Shown: one piece after another, positions 9,367-18,469 of the stretch | Layout of the letters: the number at the start of each line of letters is the position of its first letter | Position numbering within the stretch: the stretch's first letter is position 1 | Origin: an uncultured bacterium | Lineage (GTDB): Bacteria > Omnitrophota > Omnitrophia > Omnitrophales > Aquincolibacteriaceae | Assembly: GCA_964508905.1 (NCBI GenBank) | Contig: CAZDVO010000001.1 | Location: 3,977-67,976, forward strand | DNA length: 64,000 bases | Direction of reading: 5' to 3' | Notes under the pieces: model-generated | What the model was told of the DNA's origin: nothing | Database searches by the model: none | The model's input: the letters and a program-made list of their open reading frames with translations, nothing else | Position numbers and translations under genes: made by a program

Positions 9367-9819
9367 ATGGCAATGGAAACGGCAGCGCTGTCGATGAAAA
9401 AGTCACCGCAAAAGAATCCCGCTTCGGAGAAGATCACTCCTCCCAAAAAGAGGATCCTCATCATTGAAGACGAATACAGCGCCAGTAAGTTCCTCTCCCT
9501 TCGTCTCAAAAAACTCGGCTTCACTGTCTCTGCCGCGTTTGACGGAATGACCGGCCTGAAGGAAGCGACCGAAACGATCCCTGATCTCATTATTCTGGAT
9601 CTCATGATCCCCAAGCTCCCCGGCGAAGAGGTCTGCAAGGCGCTCCGGGAAAGTTTTGATGAAAAACTTGTCAAGATCCCGATCATCATGCTCACAGGGA
9701 AAGACTCCGTCGTCGACAAGATCCTCGGGAAGGTGATCGGCGCCGACGCTTACTTGACCAAACCTTATGAATTCAGCGACCTTTTTGACGAGATCAAAAA
9801 AATTCTTCCGGATTCCTAA
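9367..9819 (+). CDS. Single-domain response regulator (CheY-like receiver)
   Basis: ATG at 9367 with AAGGGGG upstream. KRILIIEDEYSASKFLSLRLKKLGFTVSAAFDGMTGL...DLIILDLMIPKLPGEEV...IIMLTGK...KPYEF is a complete REC domain. First gene of a three-gene operon. Confidence 0.8.
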   Translation: MAMETAALSMKKSPQKNPASEKITPPKKRILIIEDEYSASKFLSLRLKKLGFTVSAAFDGMTGLKEATETIPDLIILDLMIPKLPGEEVCKALRESFDEKLVKIPIIMLTGKDSVVDKILGKVIGADAYLTKPYEFSDLFDEIKKILPDS

Positions 9820-9876
9820 GCGCTGAAACGTCAGAACCCTCGGGCAACGGGCCTGAGCGGAAAAGAGGGCGGGACG

Positions 9877-11568
9877 ATGGGCCAGGAAAAGTTCACGCAG
9901 CCCGGATTAAAGATCCTCCTCGTGGAGGACGACCAGGAGTTTGCGGGCATCCTCAAGGTACGGCTCCGCAAAGAGACAAATCCTCCTCTCGAGATCACGA
10001 ATGTCTCCACCCTGCAACAGGCGGTGACGGCCTTGGCAGAGCGGCCCTGGGACCTTGTTCTTCTGGACCTTATGCTCCCGGATTCTTCGGGGATCCAGAC
10101 CTTCGCTTCGGTTCGCGCCCAGGCGCGGCACACGCCCGTAGTGATCATGAGCGGCCTCGATAGTGACAGTCTCGCCATCGACGCCGTCCGCAAGGGCGCG
10201 GAAGATTATCTGGTTAAAGGCGAGATCAATTCCCGACTGCTTCTCCGTGTCCTCCACCATGCGATCGACCGTCACCGAATCAAGGAAAAACTGGCCTCCG
10301 TGACCGGCCGGCTCCGGGAAACGAATTTACGCCTCGAGAAAATGGCGCTCCTGGATCCGCTCACCGAGCTTTATAACCGGCGCGGCCTTCAGCAATCTTT
10401 GAAACGGGAAAACCAGATCTTGAATCGCGAAGGCGGCGAATTGCTCGTCCTGATCTTTGACATCGATGACTTCAAGAAGATCAATGACAGCCTCGGCCAT
10501 CCGGTGGGCGATATCCTCCTCAAGGAAACCGCGAAAAAGATACGCGATTCCGTGCGCGCCTCGGACCACGTGGCCAGGATCGGAGGCGATGAATTCATCC
10601 TGCTCTTGCCCAAGACCCACATTCACGAAGGCCTGCAATTGGCCGAGCGCCTCCGCTTCGCCGTTTCCAATACCGGCATCACGGTCTCCGAGAAAGAAAC
10701 CCTGCACATCACGGCCAGCTTCGGACTCACGCCGGTGCCTGCGCATGTCACTTCGGTCGATGAACTGCTTTCGGTCTCGGATCCTTTTCTGCGCCAGAGC
10801 AAGAACGGTGGCAAGAACAGGATCTCATACCCGGCGCCGGAGGAAGCGGAAGAGCGCGCCCGCATCACGGAATCCGGTCACATGATGGAACTGATGCGGC
10901 AAGGCCGTGATTTCTTCGCCCTCAAACAACCGATCCTCCGCCTTGATGACCAGACGCTCGTCGGCTATGAATTTCTTTCCCGGTTAAGGAACAGCGGGGT
11001 CCATACTCCGGATGAATTCTTCCGGATCGCCCTCGAGAACAATATGCTGACACTCGTGGACCACCACTGCTTCCGGTCGTGTATTTCGGCGGCCACAGGC
11101 CTCCCTCCCGCACTCCATCGCCACATCAACCTTTTCCCGGCAACCATGATCGATCTTCCCATTGAAGAACTGGTCGAAAAACTGGCGGCGAACTGCCCGG
11201 CCAAAAGCTACTGCCTCGAGATCAGCGAACAACAGATCCTCGGCGAACCGTCCCATTTGATCGGCCCCGTCGAAGAATTCAAACGTTACGGTATTTCGAT
11301 CGCCGTGGACGATGTCGGGTTCGGGAACACGTGCCTGGAAAGCCTGATCCTCCTCGAGCCGGATGTGGTCAAGCTGGATAAGAAATATGTCCGGGGGATC
11401 GCTCAGGACCCGCATGTCGAACGTTCCCTCCGCCGCACCCTCAAGATCGCCGAGGACCTGAACGCCGAGGTGATCGCCGAAGGGATCGAGACCCAGGAAG
11501 ATCTCGACAGGCTCCGCGAGCTAGGCGTAAAGTACGGACAAGGTTTCTATCTGGGGAGACCCGCATGA
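9877..11568 (+). CDS. Response regulator with GGDEF and EAL domains (c-di-GMP turnover)
   Basis: REC (LKILLVEDDQEF...LLDLMLPDSSG), GGDEF (RIGGDEFILLL) and EAL (EFLSRLR...DDVGFGNTCL...EGIETQEDL...QGFYLGRP). The stop overlaps the start of the downstream kinase gene (ATGA). Confidence 0.85.
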   Translation: MGQEKFTQPGLKILLVEDDQEFAGILKVRLRKETNPPLEITNVSTLQQAVTALAERPWDLVLLDLMLPDSSGIQTFASVRAQARHTPVVIMSGLDSDSLAIDAVRKGAEDYLVKGEINSRLLLRVLHHAIDRHRIKEKLASVTGRLRETNLRLEKMALLDPLTELYNRRGLQQSLKRENQILNREGGELLVLIFDIDDFKKINDSLGHPVGDILLKETAKKIRDSVRASDHVARIGGDEFILLLPKTHIHEGLQLAERLRFAVSNTGITVSEKETLHITASFGLTPVPAHVTSVDELLSVSDPFLRQSKNGGKNRISYPAPEEAEERARITESGHMMELMRQGRDFFALKQPILRLDDQTLVGYEFLSRLRNSGVHTPDEFFRIALENNMLTLVDHHCFRSCISAATGLPPALHRHINLFPATMIDLPIEELVEKLAANCPAKSYCLEISEQQILGEPSHLIGPVEEFKRYGISIAVDDVGFGNTCLESLILLEPDVVKLDKKYVRGIAQDPHVERSLRRTLKIAEDLNAEVIAEGIETQEDLDRLRELGVKYGQGFYLGRPA

Positions 11569-13862
11569 AAGAATCGCTTCAGGAGATCTCCGAGACCCGA
11601 GAGGCCCGGCCGAAGAAAGATCCGGTCCTTTTTGCGACCAATTTAAAATTCCTTTTCGCGTTCCTCTTTCTCTGCTTTTTCGCCGGCTGGAACTATGTGA
11701 TCCTGAACAATCAGATCCACCTCGCCGAACGCAGCGCTCTTGTCATCAGTTTTATGGAGGGACAATACAGCCTGGTCCAGAAAACGACCTTTCTGTCGAT
11801 CTCCTATTCGCAATCCATGGACCTCCTTGAGAGAAAGAATCTGCGCGAAAACGTTCATGATGATCTGAAATCCCTTCTTGTTTTCGGCACCGTTTCCAAC
11901 GATATCATCGCCGACAAAACAGGGCTTCCGCGCCCCATGATCCCGATGATCCGAAAACTTTATTTCTCGTCCTCGTCCCCGCTCAATCAGCAGATCGAAG
12001 AGTATTTTTCATCGCTTAAAAAATTCCTTCTGGGATCTCCGATCAAGGTCCGCCCGGACAATCTGCAGCTGATCGCCTTCCAAACCAAAAGCTCCAGGGT
12101 GCTTGGATTGTTACGTTCGACGATCAAAAAATTCCAGAAAGATGCCCTCAGCGAGATCGTTCATCTTCGGAACCTCGGCACGCTTCTTTTCGCCTTGAAC
12201 GGAGTATGCCTCGGCATCATCGGGATCTTTGTCTTTCTGCCAACCCTTAAGAGGCTTGGGATCTATCTGGGGCAGATGAAGAACGTGAACGATGCCCTGG
12301 AGGTCAAGGTCGCGGAAAGAACGAGTGAGCTCGAACAAAAAACGCATCAACTCGTCCTGACCAACGAGGAACTGCGCAACCAGATCGATGAGCGCGTCCG
12401 CATGGAACAAGAACTCCGCCAGACGAACGCCTTTTTGGATTCGATCATCGAGAACATCCCGGATATGATCTTTATCAAGGACGCCCAGGAATTGCGCTTT
12501 GTCCGTTTCAACCGTGCGGGAGAGAAACTTTTGGGCTATCACCGTGAGGAGCTTCTGGGTAAAAACGACTATTCTTTTTTCCCAAAACCCGAGGCAGACT
12601 TCTTTGTCGAAAAAGACCGGAACACCCTCCATCAAGGGGCGATCCTCGAGATCCTGGAAGAACCCATCCACACGCGCAAAAAAGGGGCCCGCATTCTTCA
12701 CACCAAGAAGATCCCGGTCATGGATGCCTCCGGAAAGCCCGCCTATCTCCTTGGCATCTCGGAAGACATCACGGAAAAGATCCACTCCGAGCAACAGCTC
12801 CGGGATCTTTCTATGGCCATGGAACACGCCCTCGACGGCATCGCGCGGCTGGACGCTGATAAAAAATTCATCAGCGTGAACAAGGCCTGCGCGACCATGA
12901 TGGGATACGCTCCGGAGGAGATGATCGGACTCAACCGCATGACCACGGTCTGTCCCGAAGATGTGGACAAAGCGCTCGCCGCTTTTGAAGAAATGAAGCG
13001 CTCGGGAAAATCCGAAACGGAACTCAAGGTGATCCGCAAGGACGGCTCCATCTTTCACCAATACGTGGTCCTGATCCGCTCCCTGGACAAGGAAAAGCAT
13101 TTTGACGGATTTTATTGTTTCTCCAAGGATGTAACAGAACGAAAATACAAAGAATCCCTGGAAGCCAAGGCGGAGCTTATCCAGATGGTCTCGCACGAAC
13201 TCCGCACGCCGATCCACTCGGTCAAGGAAGGGCTCAGCATCGTTCTCGAAGGATTGACCGGAGAGCTTACGGCGGAACAGAAGGAAGTCCTCAATATCTC
13301 CAAACGCTGCGTGGACCGGCTAGTGCGGCTCGTCAATGATGTCCTGGCCTTCCATAAACTGGAATCAGGCGTGATCGAGTTTCAAATGGAAAAAGAGTGC
13401 CCCAATAAACTTATCGAAGAGGTCGGTGTCGCGATGCGCCCGCTCGTGGAGAACAAGAATCTGCAGCTGGAATTCAAGCTTGCCAAAAACCTCCCGGAGG
13501 TCCCGATGGATCGGGACAAGATCATCCAGGTGCTGACCAATCTTCTCCAAAACGCGATCAAGTTCACGTTGGAGGGGACGATCACCCTCACCTCGTCCCG
13601 CGATCCCCAAGGAGTCATGATCTCGGTCGAAGACACGGGCATCGGGATCCAGTCGAAGGATATCCCGAAACTTTTCAGAAAATTCGGCCAGCTGGAATCA
13701 GCAAAGTTGGTGGCCCCCGGCGGCACGGGGCTCGGGCTTGCGATCTCAAAAAAGATCGTCGAACGCCATCACGGCCAGATCCATATGGAATCGGAATATA
13801 AAAAGGGCAGCATTTTCTCCTTCACACTCCCTCTCGAGCAGCCAAAGCCTCCCTTAAACTGA
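11565..13862 (+). CDS. Membrane sensor histidine kinase with two PAS domains
   Basis: N-terminal TM segments, a coiled coil, PAS repeats, HisKA (MVSHELRTPIHSV) and HATPase_c (...NLLQNAIKFT...DTGIGI...GGTGLGLAISKKIVE). Confidence 0.85.
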   Translation: MKESLQEISETREARPKKDPVLFATNLKFLFAFLFLCFFAGWNYVILNNQIHLAERSALVISFMEGQYSLVQKTTFLSISYSQSMDLLERKNLRENVHDDLKSLLVFGTVSNDIIADKTGLPRPMIPMIRKLYFSSSSPLNQQIEEYFSSLKKFLLGSPIKVRPDNLQLIAFQTKSSRVLGLLRSTIKKFQKDALSEIVHLRNLGTLLFALNGVCLGIIGIFVFLPTLKRLGIYLGQMKNVNDALEVKVAERTSELEQKTHQLVLTNEELRNQIDERVRMEQELRQTNAFLDSIIENIPDMIFIKDAQELRFVRFNRAGEKLLGYHREELLGKNDYSFFPKPEADFFVEKDRNTLHQGAILEILEEPIHTRKKGARILHTKKIPVMDASGKPAYLLGISEDITEKIHSEQQLRDLSMAMEHALDGIARLDADKKFISVNKACATMMGYAPEEMIGLNRMTTVCPEDVDKALAAFEEMKRSGKSETELKVIRKDGSIFHQYVVLIRSLDKEKHFDGFYCFSKDVTERKYKESLEAKAELIQMVSHELRTPIHSVKEGLSIVLEGLTGELTAEQKEVLNISKRCVDRLVRLVNDVLAFHKLESGVIEFQMEKECPNKLIEEVGVAMRPLVENKNLQLEFKLAKNLPEVPMDRDKIIQVLTNLLQNAIKFTLEGTITLTSSRDPQGVMISVEDTGIGIQSKDIPKLFRKFGQLESAKLVAPGGTGLGLAISKKIVERHHGQIHMESEYKKGSIFSFTLPLEQPKPPLN

Positions 13863-13889
13863 AGCCACCCCCAGCTTCCGTTAAAAAAC

Positions 13890-13940
13890 AAAAAGGCTGA
13901 TCTTGCTTTGGTTCGCAAGATCAGCCCTTCCCGTAAAAAG
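13890..13940 (-). terminator. Rho-independent terminator for the minus-strand secreted-protein gene, in the gap between convergent genes
   Basis: Stem GGCTGATCTTGC / GCAAGATCAGCC (13896-13927) with an 8-nt loop, followed on the minus strand by TTTTTGTTTTTT. Confidence 0.6.
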
Positions 13941-13941
13941 A

Positions 13942-15546
13942 CTATGCTTCGTGCTGGATCCCTTGGACCCCAGCCGCGTTTAAAACCACGGTCACGGAAG
14001 GCTCCGTCTTCTTCAAGGGATCCGAAACGACCCGGATCTCGATCTTGAGATCACCTTTTTCGCCCCACGCCTCCGCGGGGATGAGAAAAGAGGGCTCCCG
14101 AGCCTCAAGTTCCGAGAGCTTCCTGGGTTTTTCTCCAGCCGTCATGATCACGGCGCGATAGAGGACCTCTTCTCGCTTTTTGAACCCGGCCTCCACCGCC
14201 AGGTCTTTGAAAGTCAGCCGCCCGTTCGAAAAGGCGAATTGATCGAGCGGCGCACATTTCGAAAACCAGTACCGGGCGATAATATCCCGCCGTTCGATAA
14301 GTGTTTGGGCCAGCGTTTCGGCGTCCTTCGGATCGCTGTACTGCCCCGCTTTCACAAGCGCCCGGATATCCGCATCCGAGAAAGACATCATGATCTTCGC
14401 GGCCCAAAACCCGTCGGCTCGCGTCACGCTCCGAAAAGCTTCGTAAGGAAATTGCGTCTTGTATTTCGCGGGATCGAACCCTTCGTTAGAAAAATAACCG
14501 ACCGCCGGAGATCCCGTGACCTTCTCACCCGCCAACCGCCATTTTTTCTGCCAGGGTTTCTCCCAAAACCCCAAACTCAGGATCGCCTTGAAAGTTTCGC
14601 CATAATCCGCCGCATGTTCATAACCCAACATCGGAGCCTTGGGTCCTTCCGGGGTCGCCCCGAAAACGCCGTTGAAATCGGTAAGATAATGACGCAACCC
14701 ATGGTCCGACGCCACATCGAGCGTGTCGCCTTCCCGAATATCAAAATGATTGAGCCACGCGGCAAAGATCCCCAGGGCCCGGATCTCCCTCCGGTCCCGG
14801 TGATTCACCAGATCGGAAGCGTCTTCCTCGCGACGAGACGTGAAACTAAAATTCCCGTAGGTGGGACCTTTGAGAACCTTGCAGGCTGAAGCCCGATAAA
14901 GTCCCTCCACCGTCTGCGGTAGGATCATCAGATATTCCTCTAGCCGTTCTTGGCTCAGAGGCTTCTTGAAGCCCGTATCCTCCCATGTCGTTGCTCCGGA
15001 AGCTACCCGGAACTGTTCCGCTTTCACACAAGCGATCGTGAATTGGGGCACAAAATAACCGAGGGCATGATAAAAGCGGCTCGCCACCACCTCCGCGCCG
15101 GTCGCAAGCTCCAGATTCAGCTGCGGGTCGAACTCCAAGAGGTACTCATCCCCCCGGGCATCCTGAACCCAAAACCGCGGATGAATCCCCCGCTGTTCCG
15201 CGGCAATTACCTCCAGCGGCTTGCTGAGATCCGGCCCCGAAGTTTCCTGAAACCCTTTTTCAAGCGCCTCCGCGGAAAGCCTTTCGCGGCCCTGACGATT
15301 GGTGAAAAAACCGGAATCCGGCACCTCATCAAAAACATTCACATCCCGTGACGCGAGCGCCTTGCCGAAGAATTTCCGGCCCCAGCGTCCCGCGTCGAGT
15401 TGGTTAATACCTTCCCCGTAAAAATTCTGATCAAAAAGTTCCGTATAAAAGGAAGTTCTGTTCTCCTTATAAGGGGCGGCCTCTTCCGCGCAAAGCGGCG
15501 CCACACCGCCTGTGGCGAGGACTAAAGCGGCCACGCATACCCACAT
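13942..15546 (-). CDS. Secreted hypothetical protein with atypical kinase-like motifs
   Basis: Probable start is the ATG at 15544-15546 (MWVCVAALVLATGGVAPLCAEEA signal peptide; AAGAGG seven nt upstream), which avoids the 86-bp overlap given by the ORF-track start. It contains ...VNHRDRREIRALGIFAAWLNHFDIREGDTLDV...LTDFNGVFG..., which looks like an HxDxxxxD/N catalytic loop plus a DFG-like motif. The function is not assignable from sequence alone. Confidence 0.5.
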   Translation of the reverse strand: MWVCVAALVLATGGVAPLCAEEAAPYKENRTSFYTELFDQNFYGEGINQLDAGRWGRKFFGKALASRDVNVFDEVPDSGFFTNRQGRERLSAEALEKGFQETSGPDLSKPLEVIAAEQRGIHPRFWVQDARGDEYLLEFDPQLNLELATGAEVVASRFYHALGYFVPQFTIACVKAEQFRVASGATTWEDTGFKKPLSQERLEEYLMILPQTVEGLYRASACKVLKGPTYGNFSFTSRREEDASDLVNHRDRREIRALGIFAAWLNHFDIREGDTLDVASDHGLRHYLTDFNGVFGATPEGPKAPMLGYEHAADYGETFKAILSLGFWEKPWQKKWRLAGEKVTGSPAVGYFSNEGFDPAKYKTQFPYEAFRSVTRADGFWAAKIMMSFSDADIRALVKAGQYSDPKDAETLAQTLIERRDIIARYWFSKCAPLDQFAFSNGRLTFKDLAVEAGFKKREEVLYRAVIMTAGEKPRKLSELEAREPSFLIPAEAWGEKGDLKIEIRVVSDPLKKTEPSVTVVLNAAGVQGIQHEA

Positions 15547-15562
15547 CCAACCTCTTACGGAG

Positions 15563-16879
15563 CTAGAAGGCCAGTTTATTTTTGACATAAAAGCGGGTTC
15601 CTTCATCCCCATGAGCCACTGAAAAATTAACCACCGTGTTCTTGGCATAACTCAGATAAAACCCCACCCCGTAGGATTCGCGAAAATCGCTGAACTGGAA
15701 CTTGCTGATCTTTTCAAACACCTGTCCGGTATCCGAAAAAAACGCGGTCTTCAGTTTAAACCCCCGGTATTCCATCACGGTATACCGGTATTCCAGGTTC
15801 ACCAACAGCGCGTCCTCGCCGTAGAAACGGTTATAAACAAAAGCCCGGGACGTTTCGCTTTCCTTGGGATTCGATCCTTCGCCGCCCAATTTCGCCATAT
15901 TGTAAAAAGGGATGGTGCCGTGATCGACTTCGTCGTTACATTCGGCAAAAAGGCGCGCCACAAAAATGCGACGGGGCGACGCCAGCTGAAAATACTTGGC
16001 CATATCCAGCTGGTAGGTGAAATAACGGGCCGAAGAATGATTGACACCGTCGGTGTAGCGGAAGAGAAGCTGCTGATAGCTCCCCCGGGTCGCATCGTCC
16101 TTGCTGTCACGCGTATCGCGGCGCAGCGTCATCGTGTACCCAAGCAGATTATCGCCCGAAAGGCCGGGTACGTTCGGCCCAAAAATAGAGGCGATATCAG
16201 ATTTGTTGTCATGAACATGGCTTGAGATCTTTACATGCTTGTAATCGAACTCACCGGACAGGTCGATCGTCGGAGAGAATTCGTACCCGGTCTGAAAACC
16301 GACCTGGGTCGTTTCCATCCGGTAGGTCGTGTCATCTCCGCGACTGCTGTGAGGGCCGATCCCGTAAAAAGGTTCCCGTTCTTCCTTGTCATAATTGACG
16401 AACCCCTTGCTGTGAAATCCGGTCCCTCCGATCCTCTGAGCGCCGATCTCCGCGCCCGTCTGCAAAAACACGGTCGGGCACTGGAGAACGGTCCCTTTGA
16501 CGAAGAAATCGGGGAAACGGTCTTTTTGCCCTGCCAGCGCCAGGAAGTTCAGGTCGGCGCCATAATAGGGCATCCAGGCGATATCCACGGTCCCAAAGCG
16601 GGGCTTGAAACCATGTTCCAGCATCTGTTCATAGATCCAAAACGTTTTTTTATCGAGACGATGCTTTTCGGTAAAAAGAAGGCCTTGGTCGATGGGCCAC
16701 TTGATAAGCAGGAAGGGAAATTCGAGCGCTCTGGAAAAAGCGTCCTTGAGCGGCTGGACCGAGGATGGCTGGGAAGAAACATAGCGGTCTTTCAAGCCTT
16801 CGGCGCTGTGTCCGATCGCGACAAAGAGAACTAACCCGAGACTGAAAAAAACGAGGAGTTTTCTGGCTTTTACGATCAT
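15563..16879 (-). CDS. Omp85-family outer-membrane beta-barrel protein (bacterial surface antigen D15-like)
   Basis: Signal peptide MIVKARKLLVFFSLGLVLFVAIGHSAEG. Alternating beta-strand pattern, ...LGGEGS...RFYGEDALLVNLEYRYTV...AFFSDTGQVF...YGVGFYL..., and a C-terminal ...KNKLAF ending in an aromatic residue. Confidence 0.6.
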   Translation of the reverse strand: MIVKARKLLVFFSLGLVLFVAIGHSAEGLKDRYVSSQPSSVQPLKDAFSRALEFPFLLIKWPIDQGLLFTEKHRLDKKTFWIYEQMLEHGFKPRFGTVDIAWMPYYGADLNFLALAGQKDRFPDFFVKGTVLQCPTVFLQTGAEIGAQRIGGTGFHSKGFVNYDKEEREPFYGIGPHSSRGDDTTYRMETTQVGFQTGYEFSPTIDLSGEFDYKHVKISSHVHDNKSDIASIFGPNVPGLSGDNLLGYTMTLRRDTRDSKDDATRGSYQQLLFRYTDGVNHSSARYFTYQLDMAKYFQLASPRRIFVARLFAECNDEVDHGTIPFYNMAKLGGEGSNPKESETSRAFVYNRFYGEDALLVNLEYRYTVMEYRGFKLKTAFFSDTGQVFEKISKFQFSDFRESYGVGFYLSYAKNTVVNFSVAHGDEGTRFYVKNKLAF

Positions 16880-16953
16880 GGTCTTGTTAAATCCCGCAGT
16901 GCGAACCTATGACGATCGGAACGCGGCTATTTTGCTCCCTTTCCGGCGAAGAA

Positions 16954-17352
16954 TCAATAGAGCTCATCCGTTCTCTCAAACGCATCGGCAATGAGCCGTA
17001 TTTCTGGAGTATCTTTTTGATCCCACAGCACCGCGACCACATCGAAAGCGAGCGGGACCGGGCCGAGCTTTTTCTCTTTCAGATACCATTCCGCGAGCTT
17101 AAAGATCTTTTCCTGCTTCCTGCGATCAACCGCTTCCTCAGGCATGCCGCGCTGGGAGGAACTACGCGTTTTCACTTCAATGAACGCAAGGCGGCCTTTC
17201 CGTCGCGCGATCATATCGATCTCACCGATCCTGCATTTGTAATTTTTTTCAAGGATCTCATAGCCCCGGCCCTGAAGAAAGGCGCAAGCGGCCGTTTCGC
17301 CGCGTTCGCCAAGGGAAAATCGAAAAGGCGCCGGGTTGGGGCGAAGCCTCAT
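16954..17352 (-). CDS. yraN: YraN-family (UPF0102) endonuclease
   Basis: ERGETAACAFLQGRGYEILEKNYKCRIGEIDMIARRKGRLAFIEVKTR...AFDVVAV is the signature of YraN. Confidence 0.8.
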   Translation of the reverse strand: MRLRPNPAPFRFSLGERGETAACAFLQGRGYEILEKNYKCRIGEIDMIARRKGRLAFIEVKTRSSSQRGMPEEAVDRRKQEKIFKLAEWYLKEKKLGPVPLAFDVVAVLWDQKDTPEIRLIADAFERTDELY

Positions 17353-18014
17353 ACCACAGCCTTCCCCCGCAGAAGCGCTTCGGCCTCGCGGACCGGTGCG
17401 AAGCTGTAACGATGTACCGGCGACGGCCCTTTTTCCCGTAAGACCTTCATGTGCTCGGCGCTGCCATAGCCCTTGTGTTTATGGAAAGCATAATCGGGAT
17501 AAACTTCGTGAAGCTGCCGCATCCAGTGGTCCCGAAACACCTTGGCGACGATCGACGCGGCGGCAATGCTGGCGGATTTCGCGTCGCCCTGAATGATCCC
17601 TTTTTGGTACAGGGCCAGGTCCACGCGCATCGGACCGTCGATCAGGAGGGCGTTCGGGGTATGGGAAAGATTGAGGACGGCTTTTTTCATGGCGAGCCGG
17701 GTCGCCTGGTAAATATTGAGTTCGTCGATCTGCTTTTCGTCGGCAAGGCCGATCCCGACGATCCCGGACCGGGCGATCCGGAGATAAAGTTCTTCGCGCC
17801 GATTGGCGCTCAATTTCTTGGAATCATTGATCCCGGCGAGCCCTTCGTGATCCACCAGGATCACGGCGGCCGCCACCACGGGACCGGCTAAAGGACCGCG
17901 GCCGGCTTCATCGACGCCGGCCACCCAGCCTTTGCTGCCCGCTTCCCGGAGATCGAACGCCCGAAGTTGTTCCAACAGAAGCGCTTTGCGGGATCCCTGA
18001 AGGGAAGGCTCCAT
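17349..18014 (-). CDS. rnhB: Ribonuclease HII
   Basis: VAGVDEAGRGPLAGPVVAAAVIL...GINDSKKLS...GYGS... Overlaps yraN by 4 bp. Confidence 0.85.
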   Translation of the reverse strand: MEPSLQGSRKALLLEQLRAFDLREAGSKGWVAGVDEAGRGPLAGPVVAAAVILVDHEGLAGINDSKKLSANRREELYLRIARSGIVGIGLADEKQIDELNIYQATRLAMKKAVLNLSHTPNALLIDGPMRVDLALYQKGIIQGDAKSASIAAASIVAKVFRDHWMRQLHEVYPDYAFHKHKGYGSAEHMKVLREKGPSPVHRYSFAPVREAEALLRGKAVV

Positions 18015-18031
18015 CGCTTCGGGCCGTACGA

Positions 18032-18340
18032 TTACTTATTCTTTAAATAGTAGAGCTTCGCGCGGCGGGCTTTGCCCTTCACGCTCACGGTGATCTTCTC
18101 GACGTTCGGCGAATGGACCGGGAAGATCTTCTCGACCTTGTCCCCGTAGCTTTCTTTGAGGACCGTAAAGCTAGCGCGGACGCCTTTGCCTTTTTTACGG
18201 ATACAAACCCCTTCAAAGAGCTGGGTGCGGGTCTTGTCGCCTTCTTTCACGCGGATATGGACCTTCAACGTATCCCCCACGCGAAACTCCGGCGTTTTTT
18301 TCTCTGCGGCTTCTTTTTCGACGATATCCATTTTACTCAT
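18032..18340 (-). CDS. rplS: 50S ribosomal protein L19
   Basis: FRVGDTLKVHIRVKEGDKTRTQLFEGVCIRKKGKGVRASFTVLKESYGDKVEKIFPVHSPNVEKITV is L19 along its full length. Confidence 0.9.
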   Translation of the reverse strand: MSKMDIVEKEAAEKKTPEFRVGDTLKVHIRVKEGDKTRTQLFEGVCIRKKGKGVRASFTVLKESYGDKVEKIFPVHSPNVEKITVSVKGKARRAKLYYLKNK

Positions 18341-18347
18341 TTTGGTT

Positions 18348-18469
18348 CCCCCGTTAGAGACAGAAAACGTTTTGAGAACGCCTCTGTTTAAAATTAATGG
18401 TTAAAGTTATTTCTTTATTCTCCCGCAATTGCGGGCCGAGACGTCTTCCTCCCCCGGTCTCTAACGGGG
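18348..18469. repeat. Intergenic element bounded by a 13-bp inverted repeat, CCCCCGTTAGAGAC ... GTCTCTAACGGGG (copy 1 of 3), between trmD and rplS
   Basis: A perfect 13-bp inverted repeat flanks about 95 bp of unrelated interior that contains a small internal palindrome, CCCGCAATTGCGGG. The right arm supplies the trmD stop codon (CCC CGT TAG). The left arm, read on the minus strand, supplies the GGGGGAA Shine-Dalgarno five or six nt before the rplS ATG. Confidence 0.6.
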
